From positions 1-64,000 of the IMG/VR virus record IMGVR_UViG_3300031420_000003: a DNA stretch of 64,000 nucleotides; one strand, given 5' to 3'. The stretch comes from a virus. Below the pieces are notes generated by a model, which was not told the DNA's origin, made no database searches, and saw nothing but the letters and a program-made list of their open reading frames with translations. The position numbers and the translations under genes were made by a program. Positions within the stretch are counted from its first letter, which is position 1; each line of letters opens with the position of its first letter. This document shows positions 38,194 through 47,468 of the stretch, in pieces.

Positions 38194-40392
38194 GTGGATG
38201 CGAGAACGATTACCGACACCGGTTGGGTCAGTGCCCTGTTCGGTGGCGCGATAACCCAACGCGACACGCGCTTTACGAATTTGCGTGTGTACAGCGATGC
38301 TCGAATGTCGTTTGCTGATACCACCATGGGTGGTGGGCAGGCGATTAACACCCCACCGGGATTTACCCTGTTTGCCGATCCGCCAGTCGGTGGTGTCTTC
38401 GCGCAGCCCTACGATGAGACCCGTGCTTCATTTCGTAAGTGGCATGACAGCCAAGAGCAACAAGGTTCGTACCGTAACGGTGCGTTCTACTCTGAGGCAA
38501 TTGAGCAAAACAGTTTCTATATCCATTGCCGATTTGGTAAACCCAAATACTTAGGTGTGGCTGCCTTCTTCGCGAACATGTACGACTCCAACCTTGCCTA
38601 CCTCGCCCGTACGGGTGATTACCCGGGCATGGTGCGTACACTCGGAACGTGGGTCACTGCCGCGGCTATCTGGGCAACCTTGGGTACCGTCGCCTTTGGT
38701 GCGCTCCTGATTATCCCGCGTGTGTTGAAAGCCGCACTGAACAAACAGGCTTCGCGCTACTACTACGTGAAGCCCACGATGCACCTGTATCTGCGTGCTG
38801 TGCAGAACATCGTAAACACCCAGCTTATCTACCGCAAACTGGTGCCGACGAATATCCTCGGCTTCTTCGGTGGAAAAGGCTCGGGCGATGTCAACGACCC
38901 GGCAAACAAGTATTACAAGTCCAAAGCGGATTTGTATTCTGCCCTGCCGGATATCTGGAAAGCCAACGGTGAGTTTGACATCTACAAGATGATTAACCGC
39001 TACCAGATACTGGCGAACTATCAGGCGGACACGCTTGAGAAGATTGCCAAAGAGTCGACGTCACCGGAAGACCAAGCGAGTCGCGTGCAGGCGTTTTATA
39101 AAGAAGCACTCTTCACCAACTCAATTGACCCCAACAGCAAAGCCATGGCTGGCATGGAAATCTCACTGGCCGCAATGGAAGCCGCGTTTGCCAAATCCCC
39201 GGGTTACTACGCCGGCTTTACCAACGTCGACAACCAAGAAGATGCGGTGCTGCAAAGTGTGGGCAGTGTGTACTCTGCAGCCGACCAAGGTGGCGGGACA
39301 TCACAGGCCTACGACAACGCCACCGATGTGGAACGTCAGCGCTTGCAGAACCAGATGGCCGCGAATGCACAGGGCGGGGAAGGTGACCAGCCAAACCAAG
39401 CTCAGATTCAGAACTGGATGGATGCGGGTCAGAAGCAGACATTGGGTGACCTCTTCGGAGATTACGCCAAAGAAGCCGAAGGTACCGTGGGGCGCTTTGC
39501 CAACTCCATTGCCACGCAGGCCGAGTCAGAGTTCAAGAACGGTTCCCAGTGGGTGACGTGGAAGATTGATGGGCGGGATACCGTCAGTCGTAACTTCTCT
39601 AACTCCACCAAAGAACCGGAGATTTCCGGTACCGTGAACTCCGCCACCCAGAAAGCCCGTAGCCTCGAGGTGAACCTCTCCGGCGGTAAAACTGGCTTTG
39701 ATGCGGTGGACGGGTTAATCACGGGACTGAAGTCGGCCTTTACGGGTGCCTTGGACTTCTTGCACCTCTCAGGGATTATGTCGCTGTACAACTCCTCGGT
39801 GATTGACTTCCCGGAAGTGTGGGACAGTTCGTCAACCGACGGGGATGACGTCACGCTGAACATTCCCCTGCGTTGTTGGTCAGGTAATGACTTGGATGTG
39901 TTCCAAGACCTTATCGTGCCGCTGTCGTTTTGGATTGCTGCAGCCTGTCCGATTGCCACCGGTAAGCAGTCGTTTACGCACCCCTTCTACGTAGAAGCGT
40001 ACTCACGCGGTCGTCACTCAATTCGTAACGGGATTGTGACCTCCGTGAGCATGAACTTCGGTGTAGGCGGGTTGGGTTGGCGTGTGGACGGTTGTCCGCT
40101 GTCATGTGACATCTCGGTGACCATTCGTGACATGTCGCGTGTGATGTACATGCCGATTGTAACCGACCAGTCAGTTTGGGATGACGATAACAAGTTCACG
40201 GAATTCATGGCGGTGTTAGGTGGAGCTACCCTCCATCAGCGCACCAACGGTATTGACCGTACCATCATGAACGCCCTGAACTGGAAGCAGTCGTGGAAGT
40301 CGGCCTTCTCGGTCGGCTCGGTTGTGAACTCGGTGTTTGACTTGCCACCTGCGCGTGTGCTTGCCAACATCTTCTCGACCCCCGCACGATAG
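38194..40392 (+). CDS. Tail or baseplate-hub virion protein (phiKZ gp182-like by synteny)
   Basis: 732 aa after the tape measure gene; GAGG SD with GTG start; hydrophobic segment near aa 150-175. Confidence 0.65.
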   Translation: MDARTITDTGWVSALFGGAITQRDTRFTNLRVYSDARMSFADTTMGGGQAINTPPGFTLFADPPVGGVFAQPYDETRASFRKWHDSQEQQGSYRNGAFYSEAIEQNSFYIHCRFGKPKYLGVAAFFANMYDSNLAYLARTGDYPGMVRTLGTWVTAAAIWATLGTVAFGALLIIPRVLKAALNKQASRYYYVKPTMHLYLRAVQNIVNTQLIYRKLVPTNILGFFGGKGSGDVNDPANKYYKSKADLYSALPDIWKANGEFDIYKMINRYQILANYQADTLEKIAKESTSPEDQASRVQAFYKEALFTNSIDPNSKAMAGMEISLAAMEAAFAKSPGYYAGFTNVDNQEDAVLQSVGSVYSAADQGGGTSQAYDNATDVERQRLQNQMAANAQGGEGDQPNQAQIQNWMDAGQKQTLGDLFGDYAKEAEGTVGRFANSIATQAESEFKNGSQWVTWKIDGRDTVSRNFSNSTKEPEISGTVNSATQKARSLEVNLSGGKTGFDAVDGLITGLKSAFTGALDFLHLSGIMSLYNSSVIDFPEVWDSSSTDGDDVTLNIPLRCWSGNDLDVFQDLIVPLSFWIAAACPIATGKQSFTHPFYVEAYSRGRHSIRNGIVTSVSMNFGVGGLGWRVDGCPLSCDISVTIRDMSRVMYMPIVTDQSVWDDDNKFTEFMAVLGGATLHQRTNGIDRTIMNALNWKQSWKSAFSVGSVVNSVFDLPPARVLANIFSTPAR

Positions 40393-40403
40393 CAAAAAAA
40401 AAG

Positions 40404-40441
40404 AAGTACCCACTCCTTTACGGGAGTGGGTTACTTTTATT
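40404..40441. terminator. Bidirectional terminator (conserved family)
   Basis: aagtacccactcc-tttacg-ggagtgggttacttttatt with an upstream A9. Confidence 0.8.
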
Positions 40442-40444
40442 TGT

Positions 40445-40855
40445 TTAGGGTTGGTCACACGTCACGATTTGCCAGACACCGTTGTTGTACCAGACAATCA
40501 TGGCGTTGTGGTCAGCTTCTTTTACCGGGACAGACAGGTAAGGAATTTCCATCCCCAGCGCCTCCGACACCGCGAGGGCATTCTTCCCTTCGGTGCAGTG
40601 GCCCCGGAACTTGCATTCACGCAACAGGAAACCGGCTTGCTGCTCATCGATTTCAAAGAAGCGCGGATTCCCGATACGGGCCCATGGACCAACGTCGTGG
40701 GGTTTATCCACCAACACAATTTCAAACCCGTTCTTCGCCTTCGGTACAAACATATCCCACACCCAATCTGCAATACCGAGATTGAACGGCACAGGCTTGT
40801 TGTTGATGAAGACTCTACTGTTTTCATCCCGATGGATGCGATTAAGTTCGGTCAA
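40445..40855 (-). CDS. Hypothetical protein (136 aa)
   Basis: AGGAG SD with TTG start. Confidence 0.65.
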   Translation of the reverse strand: MTELNRIHRDENSRVFINNKPVPFNLGIADWVWDMFVPKAKNGFEIVLVDKPHDVGPWARIGNPRFFEIDEQQAGFLLRECKFRGHCTEGKNALAVSEALGMEIPYLSVPVKEADHNAMIVWYNNGVWQIVTCDQP

Positions 40856-41339
40856 TGTTGTCTCCTACTTCACGGTCGTCAGGGTGACGCAGAATCAGAT
40901 AGCTGATACAGATAACCGGCAAGTCCAGTTCATCACGGTCAACGTGAATCACCAGAATTGGCGTACACACCGGAATGTTTGCATTGCAATCCAGCCACAT
41001 GGAATTCAGACGAATGGTTTCCACCGAACGCAGACCAATTTCCTTTGGCAGCGAGGGGTCAATTTCATCCCACATTGCATTCGGGTCATTGTCTTCGTTA
41101 CGGTAATCCGCGCAGGCGATTAACTTGCGCAGCATCGACTCTTCAAGCGGAAGGGTAATCTGCTCAGTCGGGGTTTCATCAAACGTCAGGCTGACATCTT
41201 CAATGATAAAGATTTGTTCAGCGTTCGAGAAGTACCGCCACAGTAATGCATGGCGGTCATTCACGGAGCCAATCACCTTACCGTTGATTTCAATGTCATT
41301 CTCATCGGGGATGACACTGATAACTTTGATACGGTTCAT
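40842..41339 (-). CDS. Hypothetical protein (165 aa)
   Basis: Tightly packed ORF in a minus-strand run. Confidence 0.7.
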   Translation of the reverse strand: MNRIKVISVIPDENDIEINGKVIGSVNDRHALLWRYFSNAEQIFIIEDVSLTFDETPTEQITLPLEESMLRKLIACADYRNEDNDPNAMWDEIDPSLPKEIGLRSVETIRLNSMWLDCNANIPVCTPILVIHVDRDELDLPVICISYLILRHPDDREVGDNIDRT

Positions 41340-41347
41340 GGCGTCCC

Positions 41348-42751
41348 TTATTCGGATACGGTCTCTTTCACGATGTAAGACGCCGCATCGTCTGCGAACT
41401 GCCAGTAATCGATCTTCTCAACCGGCTGATGACGAGTTCCGTCTTTGCCGTCGAGGGTGAACTCGAACAGGACGTGAGGGCGCGGATAGAAGGTGTCGCC
41501 ACCGTAGTAAACGCCGACGCGGACAAACTGCACGTGACTGCCGCCCAGCGTGGCGCGAATGGCATCAGCCGCAGCATTCAACTGCTCTTGAGTAGGCACA
41601 ACCGGGAAGTAAGACACTTCTACGGTTTTCTTTTCAACGAAGCCCAGCTCATCAACCGGCGTGAAGTGCGTCGTTAAACCACGTGCACTACCGCTCTGCA
41701 CGTCGCCGTCATAATCTTTCAGCTGTTCGGTTGGCGACATCTCAGCTTGGATGCTTGGGCCGTTGTCGCCGTCGAAATCGCCAGCCTTTTCGGTGTCTTT
41801 CAGGGCACGTTGGATACGATCGTTATCAGACATATCAGACTCCTTCACAAACACACCATCTGCATTCAGGAAACCGGTGCGGTCTTTGATTTCATCCCAC
41901 GCCATGGACAGGGCTTGCTCCAGCGTGAATTCGTACGCATTAGCCAGCGCGTTGGCAAAGTAGATAGCTTCGGCCAAGTAACCGACAGCACACTGGATCT
42001 GCGTTTCGTCGAACAGGTCTGCGGTCAGCTTCTTCGGTGAATCAACACCGGCTACATCCCACAGGTAGTCAACCGCGACGGTGTTGGACAGACGCAGTTT
42101 GTGATACAGGTAATGCGCGTTACCCAGCGGGCCGTTTTCTTTACGGGACGCTTCAACCATTGGCAGAATAGAAACAGCGTTAAAGCCGCTCAGTTCCATC
42201 AGGTTAACCATCACCACGATCATGTCACCGACACCGTCGATAATCATGTTGCGTTTGGACTTGGCGACACCCGGTGCAATCTCACCGTCTTCTTCGTACA
42301 TCTTGGTCGCTTGGGTGAACCAGACGCCGTTGTCCAGAATGCCGCGCGCCTGTGACCAACCTTTGATGTTATCAATCAGTTCAGCCATGCGGAACAGACG
42401 GATATAGCGCGGGTGTGTCACGATGTTCTTTTTGTCGTGATACAGCGGAACCAGCAGTTCCAGCTCCAGACCCGGCAGGGTCAGTTCGCAGTCGTAAATC
42501 TCTTCACCGCGTTGACGGTTAGCGACCAGCTCTGGATCGTTTTCAACATCGCCGTCTTCAGGTGCCAGCAGACCTTCGATAAACCACTTACCGGTTTCGA
42601 CGTTGCGATCCAGTGAGGAGATAGCACGGAAGAGGATGTTTGCCCGGCCTTCTTTTTTCAGCTCTTCCAGCTGTGCATTAACCTGCGCCAGATACTGGTT
42701 CGGATTCAGCAGTGCAACGTATGGCACTTGGATTACAAATTGATCGCCCAT
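41348..42751 (-). CDS. mazG: MazG-like nucleoside triphosphate pyrophosphohydrolase with extra N- and C-terminal domains
   Basis: QATKMYEEDGEIA...DGVGD...AWDEIKDRTG...GVFVKE. Confidence 0.8.
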   Translation of the reverse strand: MGDQFVIQVPYVALLNPNQYLAQVNAQLEELKKEGRANILFRAISSLDRNVETGKWFIEGLLAPEDGDVENDPELVANRQRGEEIYDCELTLPGLELELLVPLYHDKKNIVTHPRYIRLFRMAELIDNIKGWSQARGILDNGVWFTQATKMYEEDGEIAPGVAKSKRNMIIDGVGDMIVVMVNLMELSGFNAVSILPMVEASRKENGPLGNAHYLYHKLRLSNTVAVDYLWDVAGVDSPKKLTADLFDETQIQCAVGYLAEAIYFANALANAYEFTLEQALSMAWDEIKDRTGFLNADGVFVKESDMSDNDRIQRALKDTEKAGDFDGDNGPSIQAEMSPTEQLKDYDGDVQSGSARGLTTHFTPVDELGFVEKKTVEVSYFPVVPTQEQLNAAADAIRATLGGSHVQFVRVGVYYGGDTFYPRPHVLFEFTLDGKDGTRHQPVEKIDYWQFADDAASYIVKETVSE

Positions 42752-42792
42752 TTGATGTCAGTCCTTAAAATTAATCGATGTTTATATTGGTT

Positions 42793-42822
42793 AAGAAAAG
42801 AATACCCCGTCGAAAGACGGGG
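42793..42822 (-). terminator. Intrinsic terminator
   Basis: ccccgtc-gaaa-gacgggg plus U-rich tail on the minus strand. Confidence 0.65.
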
Positions 42823-42832
42823 CAGGCACTAC

Positions 42833-43021
42833 TTAGATTTTGCAGCCATCGCAATCTGCTTCATCAGAAATGTCATCCTGATTCTCTTCAGCAGAACGCT
42901 TCTCGGCTACACGCGCTTCTGCGTCGTCCAAACCCGGCAGGTCAAAACCGTCTGCGTCATCCGCAACCATTTTGTTGTGCTCGTCGATAGTGGACTGCAT
43001 TGCGCCTTCTTTCTGGGACAT
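42833..43021 (-). CDS. 62-aa acidic peptide ending CDGCKI, resembling an NrdA C-terminal tail
   Basis: AAGGA SD, own terminator, terminal CxxC-K-I. Confidence 0.65.
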   Translation of the reverse strand: MSQKEGAMQSTIDEHNKMVADDADGFDLPGLDDAEARVAEKRSAEENQDDISDEADCDGCKI

Positions 43022-43081
43022 CGTCTTTTCCTTCTTTGGTCAGTATAGAGTGTTTCAGCATAGAACTGCTAACACACGTTT

Positions 43082-43318
43082 TTAATCCGCGTGGTATTTT
43101 GCTTGACAGTGAGGACAATCGAAGGAGTCTTTATTGCGCGCCCACGTTATCCGTTTACCACAGCTCACACAGCGGTAGTTGTCGGGCTTGTACTTGATAT
43201 CCACCCGTGCACCGCACTTGCAGTCGTAGCCGGCGATAGAGACAAAGCCTTCTTTATCGTGCATCACCCGTGGTACGAGTGTGTGCTCGCCACACTTGAA
43301 ACAGAGGTTGTGTTTCAT
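43082..43318 (-). CDS. Small double zinc-ribbon protein
   Basis: CFKC, CKC, CVSC and CPHC knuckles in 78 aa. Confidence 0.7.
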   Translation of the reverse strand: MKHNLCFKCGEHTLVPRVMHDKEGFVSIAGYDCKCGARVDIKYKPDNYRCVSCGKRITWARNKDSFDCPHCQAKYHAD

Positions 43319-43327
43319 GGCCCACCT

Positions 43328-44335
43328 TTAAATGGCGACCGGCGCTTTAATAGCCGGATGCGATTCGTAACCTTCGATTTCGAAATCGTCGAACTGGTAG
43401 TCGAAGATGGAATCCGGCTTGCGTTTGATTTTCAGACGTGGTAACGGGTGTGGGTCACGGGTAAGCTGCAGCTTCGCCTGTTCCAGATGGTTGGAGTACA
43501 GGTGCGTGTCACCACCAGTCCAGATGAACTCTTCAGCCACCATGTTCACCTGCTGAGCAACCATTTCCGTCAGTAGCGCGTAAGAGGCGATGTTAAACGG
43601 CACGCCTAAGAACACATCGGCGCTACGCTGATACAACTGGCAGGACAGACCGCGGCGGGGAATATCCAACTCATCAAGTTCATCATGTAACTGTTCTTGA
43701 TGCTTCTCGTTGAGGTTCTGATAATACCCGCCTGTCCCCTTCAGGTTGGCAAACTGGCCACGTTCTTCGAGAGTCAACTCACGGGTGTAGAACTGGAAGA
43801 ACGCATGGCAGGGCGCTAAGGCCATGTCGTCGAGTTCGCCGACGTTCCACGCACTGACGACGATGCGACGGTTATCCGGGTCGTTACGCAGCTGGTCAAT
43901 GACTTTAGAAATTTGATCGATGTCCTTAGTAAGGAGCATAGTCGCTTCCCGCCACCCGGCCTCTTCCCAACCGTCAGCTTCCATTTCATCGATGGTTTTG
44001 CGGTTAGAGTGATGCACTTCATCGTGTGCTGTCCAAGACCGCCACTGTTTACCGTAGACCGGGCCTAAGTCACCGTTCTCATCCGCCCACTCATCCCAGA
44101 TAGAGACGTTGTTCTCTTTCAGGTAACCGATGTTGGTATCCCCTTTGAGGAACCACAGCAGTTCGTGAATGATGGAACGCAGATGGCACTTCTTGGTGGT
44201 GACCAGCGGAAAGCCTTCGGTCAGGTCAAAGCGCATCTGACCACCGAACATGGAGAGTGTGCCCGTGCCGGTACGGTCTTTCTTTTCACGACCAAAGTTG
44301 AGTACGGTTTCCATCAGTTGAAGATACTGGCGCAT
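43328..44335 (-). CDS. thyA: Thymidylate synthase
   Basis: [42 protein letters not shown]. Confidence 0.97.
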   Translation of the reverse strand: MRQYLQLMETVLNFGREKKDRTGTGTLSMFGGQMRFDLTEGFPLVTTKKCHLRSIIHELLWFLKGDTNIGYLKENNVSIWDEWADENGDLGPVYGKQWRSWTAHDEVHHSNRKTIDEMEADGWEEAGWREATMLLTKDIDQISKVIDQLRNDPDNRRIVVSAWNVGELDDMALAPCHAFFQFYTRELTLEERGQFANLKGTGGYYQNLNEKHQEQLHDELDELDIPRRGLSCQLYQRSADVFLGVPFNIASYALLTEMVAQQVNMVAEEFIWTGGDTHLYSNHLEQAKLQLTRDPHPLPRLKIKRKPDSIFDYQFDDFEIEGYESHPAIKAPVAI

Positions 44336-44910
44336 TATTTGTTTCCTGTCACGGTTTTGACAAACTGACCGAGTTCGTTCATGACGCCCTCAGTCGCTTC
44401 AAGTTTATTCACCGCATTCAAAATGCTGCGGGTCACGACGATGTCTTTCGCGGTGGCAATCGATAACAGTAAGGCTAACGCTTCGGCAAGCTTGGAATAG
44501 AACACGATGTCCTGACGCTGCTTCTCCTGCTCGTTTTCCAGCAGGGCATCAAACAACTGCGTAATCGCTTTGTTGTGCTCAAACAGAATCGTGTTGTAGT
44601 CGTTGCCGAATTTCATCCCCGGTGGAATGTTGTTCAGAGCAGAGTGCAGCACGACCTCTGTAACGGCTTCTACGGGGATGTCCGTTTTACGGGAGTAGAA
44701 CCCGAGAACACCGATAAAAGTCGTCACAGCCTGTCCCACGCCCGCTGAGACCAGAAGACTGTCCATCTTCTGCACACCTTCTGCAACCATGCCCAACATG
44801 CGGTAATATTTGGTGATTTGCTGACGGATGTTACCAAACTGATACACCAGTGCCCGGTCATTCCACTGTTCGACTTGACGGACAACTGCAATTGGATCGA
44901 AATCGGCCAT
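44335..44910 (-). CDS. MazG-like paralog lacking the catalytic acidic residues
   Basis: Aligns by eye with the MazG domain of 41348..42751, but EEDGE becomes RMLGM and DGVGD becomes AGVGQ. Confidence 0.6.
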   Translation of the reverse strand: MADFDPIAVVRQVEQWNDRALVYQFGNIRQQITKYYRMLGMVAEGVQKMDSLLVSAGVGQAVTTFIGVLGFYSRKTDIPVEAVTEVVLHSALNNIPPGMKFGNDYNTILFEHNKAITQLFDALLENEQEKQRQDIVFYSKLAEALALLLSIATAKDIVVTRSILNAVNKLEATEGVMNELGQFVKTVTGNK

Positions 44911-45311
44911 TAGATACCCCAAATGACGTTAAAGCCCAACATCTCTTCACGGTCGCTGAAATAGCTGACCAGCACGATAGAGTTCGGCTTGAAAGTGGAC
45001 GGCGGATGTCCCTGTGCGACGTGCTTACCGGACAGGGTGCGTAAAATCCCCAATTGACGATAGGCGAACATGCCGCTTGTGAAGTCAGCGTTCTGCAAGA
45101 GCGCGGCAGCGGTGTCGGTTCCAATGCGGAAGCAACCCCCTTTGGCAATGGCGTCCAGCGAGTTGTTCAGTGACAGCTCGTTGGTGATGGTCATGTTAAA
45201 CCCTTTAGCCAGTGCAAAAGCTGTGTCTTTCCAATGGCCGTTCTTCGAGCCCGGAATCAATACGCCGTTAATAAAAGCGCCTTCGTCTTCTTTAAATTCA
45301 ATCGTGTTCAT
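44910..45311 (-). CDS. Hypothetical protein
   Basis: ORF 44910..45392; probable start at MNTIEF. Confidence 0.65.
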   Translation of the reverse strand: MNTIEFKEDEGAFINGVLIPGSKNGHWKDTAFALAKGFNMTITNELSLNNSLDAIAKGGCFRIGTDTAAALLQNADFTSGMFAYRQLGILRTLSGKHVAQGHPPSTFKPNSIVLVSYFSDREEMLGFNVIWGI

Positions 45312-45407
45312 TATAAAGTCCGTTCTTAAAATGGGGGATTTCGACATAACAGGAGACTCATTTGTAAAAATAAAAAAAAGAAGGCCACCCAAAGGCAGCC
45401 TGTCTTT

Positions 45408-45713
45408 TTACTCGATAACGGTAAGCTGGGATTTTTCATCCCCGTGCTCAGCCAGAAACATCCCGAGGGCGTTGGCCAACAGGGTAGTGCAGACCCGCGG
45501 TACCCGGTCTTTGGCAATGTAGACCATGACCCGCAATGCGCTGCGGTCGGGTAACATAAACACCGCATGGTGTTGACGCGCACAGTGCAGTTCACACTGC
45601 AGCTCTTTATGCCAGCCTTGCCATCCGTCATCGATTTCGACGAAGACGTTTTTACGCGTAACTGGACATACCACCTCAATGCCGTTCGTTGTTGCATGGA
45701 CTTCGACTTTCAT
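45408..45713 (-). CDS. Hypothetical protein (101 aa)
   Basis: AGGA SD; a hairpin with a U-tract follows at about 45366-45398. Confidence 0.65.
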   Translation of the reverse strand: MKVEVHATTNGIEVVCPVTRKNVFVEIDDGWQGWHKELQCELHCARQHHAVFMLPDRSALRVMVYIAKDRVPRVCTTLLANALGMFLAEHGDEKSQLTVIE

Positions 45714-45730
45714 GATTAATTCCTGGTGTG

Positions 45731-45767
45731 AATAAAATAAAAGGATTCCCCTACCGAAGTAGGGGAA
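45731..45767 (-). terminator. Intrinsic terminator
   Basis: ttcccctac-cgaa-gtaggggaa plus U-rich tail. Confidence 0.8.
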
Positions 45768-45772
45768 CTATC

Positions 45773-46435
45773 TTAAAGCCGGGTTTCGTTATCCCAGTAG
45801 TTACGCAGGAACTCCTGCATATCGGGCGAACTCGGCTTGGACGGTACAGCTTCGGCAATCGCAAACGGGATAACGTCTGCAATGCTTTCCATCTCAAACC
45901 GCTCAACTTCGAGTTCAACTTTTACCCAGTCACCAAACGAGGTGCCCTGTGCCACTGTGTCAAACAGCGCTTTCAGTGCGTCCACGTCGGGGATGTCAGG
46001 ATGGCCTTGACTCACATAGAAGACATCAATGTCCCAATGTTTGCCACCGCTCGCTTTGACCTCATCAGTTGGATCAATTGTCACGCGTTTCACGAGATGC
46101 GTTAAGTAATCATCCCCGTAAAACGACAGGGCGCTTTTCATCCCGATGTCAGAGTTCTCTTCTTCACGCTCTTGGCCTTGGAAGGTCTTCACCGTCAGTT
46201 CCGCTTTATCCGCATGGATACGCGCACGACGACGACCGCCTAACATCGGCATCATCACGTCAAGATGATACTCCCCTTGTTGCGCTTGCAGCCACGCCCA
46301 ACCTTCTTCCGTTGGACGCACCCACATGCAATACTCCCGCTCTTTTTCCACAGAGATGGATTCGCGTGCGACTCTGAGAACACCGTCCTCTTTCTCGCGA
46401 TCCATCTGCTGAAGGATATTACCCAATCGGCTCAT
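45773..46435 (-). CDS. CYTH (triphosphate tunnel metalloenzyme) domain protein with a probable N-terminal propeptide
   Basis: EKERE (ExExK-like), RARI, LTVK, REEE, WDIDVF, VELE; ARE-25 precedes the domain. Confidence 0.7.
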   Translation of the reverse strand: MSRLGNILQQMDREKEDGVLRVARESISVEKEREYCMWVRPTEEGWAWLQAQQGEYHLDVMMPMLGGRRRARIHADKAELTVKTFQGQEREEENSDIGMKSALSFYGDDYLTHLVKRVTIDPTDEVKASGGKHWDIDVFYVSQGHPDIPDVDALKALFDTVAQGTSFGDWVKVELEVERFEMESIADVIPFAIAEAVPSKPSSPDMQEFLRNYWDNETRL

Positions 46436-47459
46436 ATTCGCTCAGTACCTTCTGCTGTAAAGCCGCCACGTCAAAGTCGTTATCGAACGGGTCGATATTC
46501 TCCCCTAACCACTGGCAGATGTTTGGCAACCATTCTGCAAACGCCGGCGTTTTAGGGCCGTCGTGTTTCACATAATAGTGCAGCAGAGGCACATGGGCTT
46601 GCACGAGTTCAGCAACCCGCACACCACACGGTGTCCCGTCGTCCATTCTGACTTGGTGGAACTTGCCCGCCATCGCCCAAACAAAGCACCGTTCAATGTG
46701 CAGTGAGAAGGCTCCCGGTTTATACGCCGTGCCGCCGTACACATCGGACTTCATCTTACGCCCGTAGGCAATCGCCTCCAGTCCGTCCATGTGAATCAGA
46801 CGCTGGATGGCCGGGTAGCGACGAATCAACACGTCCAACAGGTACAGGTCGCTTTCCACGCTGTACTCAAGGTCGTGTTGCGTGTAGGCGTAGTCAATCA
46901 ACCGCAGGACGTGGTAATAGCCTTCGAGGGTGGCGAAGTCCCCGTGCAGGGTTCTAAACGGTTGGTCGTCACGCCAGAAGTTACTGATTCTACGGCCCAG
47001 CACCACCCGACTGCGGGAATAGATGTTGAGATGATTCACCCCATCCATTGCAACCGTAATCTCTTGGTTCTTTGGCACGCCTCCGATGTTACGCAGATAA
47101 CGAACAAAGTCATCGCGTTCTTCACCGATGAGATCCAGACGTAAGTCGCCCGGGTATTTCATGACATCATAACGGTGTGCAGCTTCCGGCCCTAAAGAGA
47201 AGCCGTAGCGGTTTGCCATTGCAATACCAAAACGTACATCGTTCGCACCAATCAGGTACGCCCCAACACGTTCAGCCAAATGCAGGTGGGTCTCAAACAC
47301 CGCTGGATTCACACCACAGAGCTGGTCGTGGTACAACCGCTTCAGCATCCGTGGTACGCTATCGTCCCCAGTGAGATTCTGCATGGCACTTATCTCAAGG
47401 ATAAGGTCGCGCAAGATTTCTTTTGCCTGAGGGTCGTCGAAGTCTACAGGTTTGGTCAT
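46419..47459 (-). CDS. Protein with a C-terminal NADAR-like (YbiA/T4 gp30.3-like) domain
   Basis: HLNIYSRS..LGRRISNF..PF..F.TLEGYY..G.EA..YGR. Confidence 0.6.
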   Translation of the reverse strand: MTKPVDFDDPQAKEILRDLILEISAMQNLTGDDSVPRMLKRLYHDQLCGVNPAVFETHLHLAERVGAYLIGANDVRFGIAMANRYGFSLGPEAAHRYDVMKYPGDLRLDLIGEERDDFVRYLRNIGGVPKNQEITVAMDGVNHLNIYSRSRVVLGRRISNFWRDDQPFRTLHGDFATLEGYYHVLRLIDYAYTQHDLEYSVESDLYLLDVLIRRYPAIQRLIHMDGLEAIAYGRKMKSDVYGGTAYKPGAFSLHIERCFVWAMAGKFHQVRMDDGTPCGVRVAELVQAHVPLLHYYVKHDGPKTPAFAEWLPNICQWLGENIDPFDNDFDVAALQQKVLSEYEPIG

Positions 47460-47468
47460 CTACGTATC

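Noticed and set aside
43328-44335. ThyA as a dCMP or dUMP hydroxymethylase, implying modified DNA
   Set aside because: It keeps the dUMP-specifying Asn in PFNIASY and is close to canonical ThyA; no base-modification genes are visible in the window
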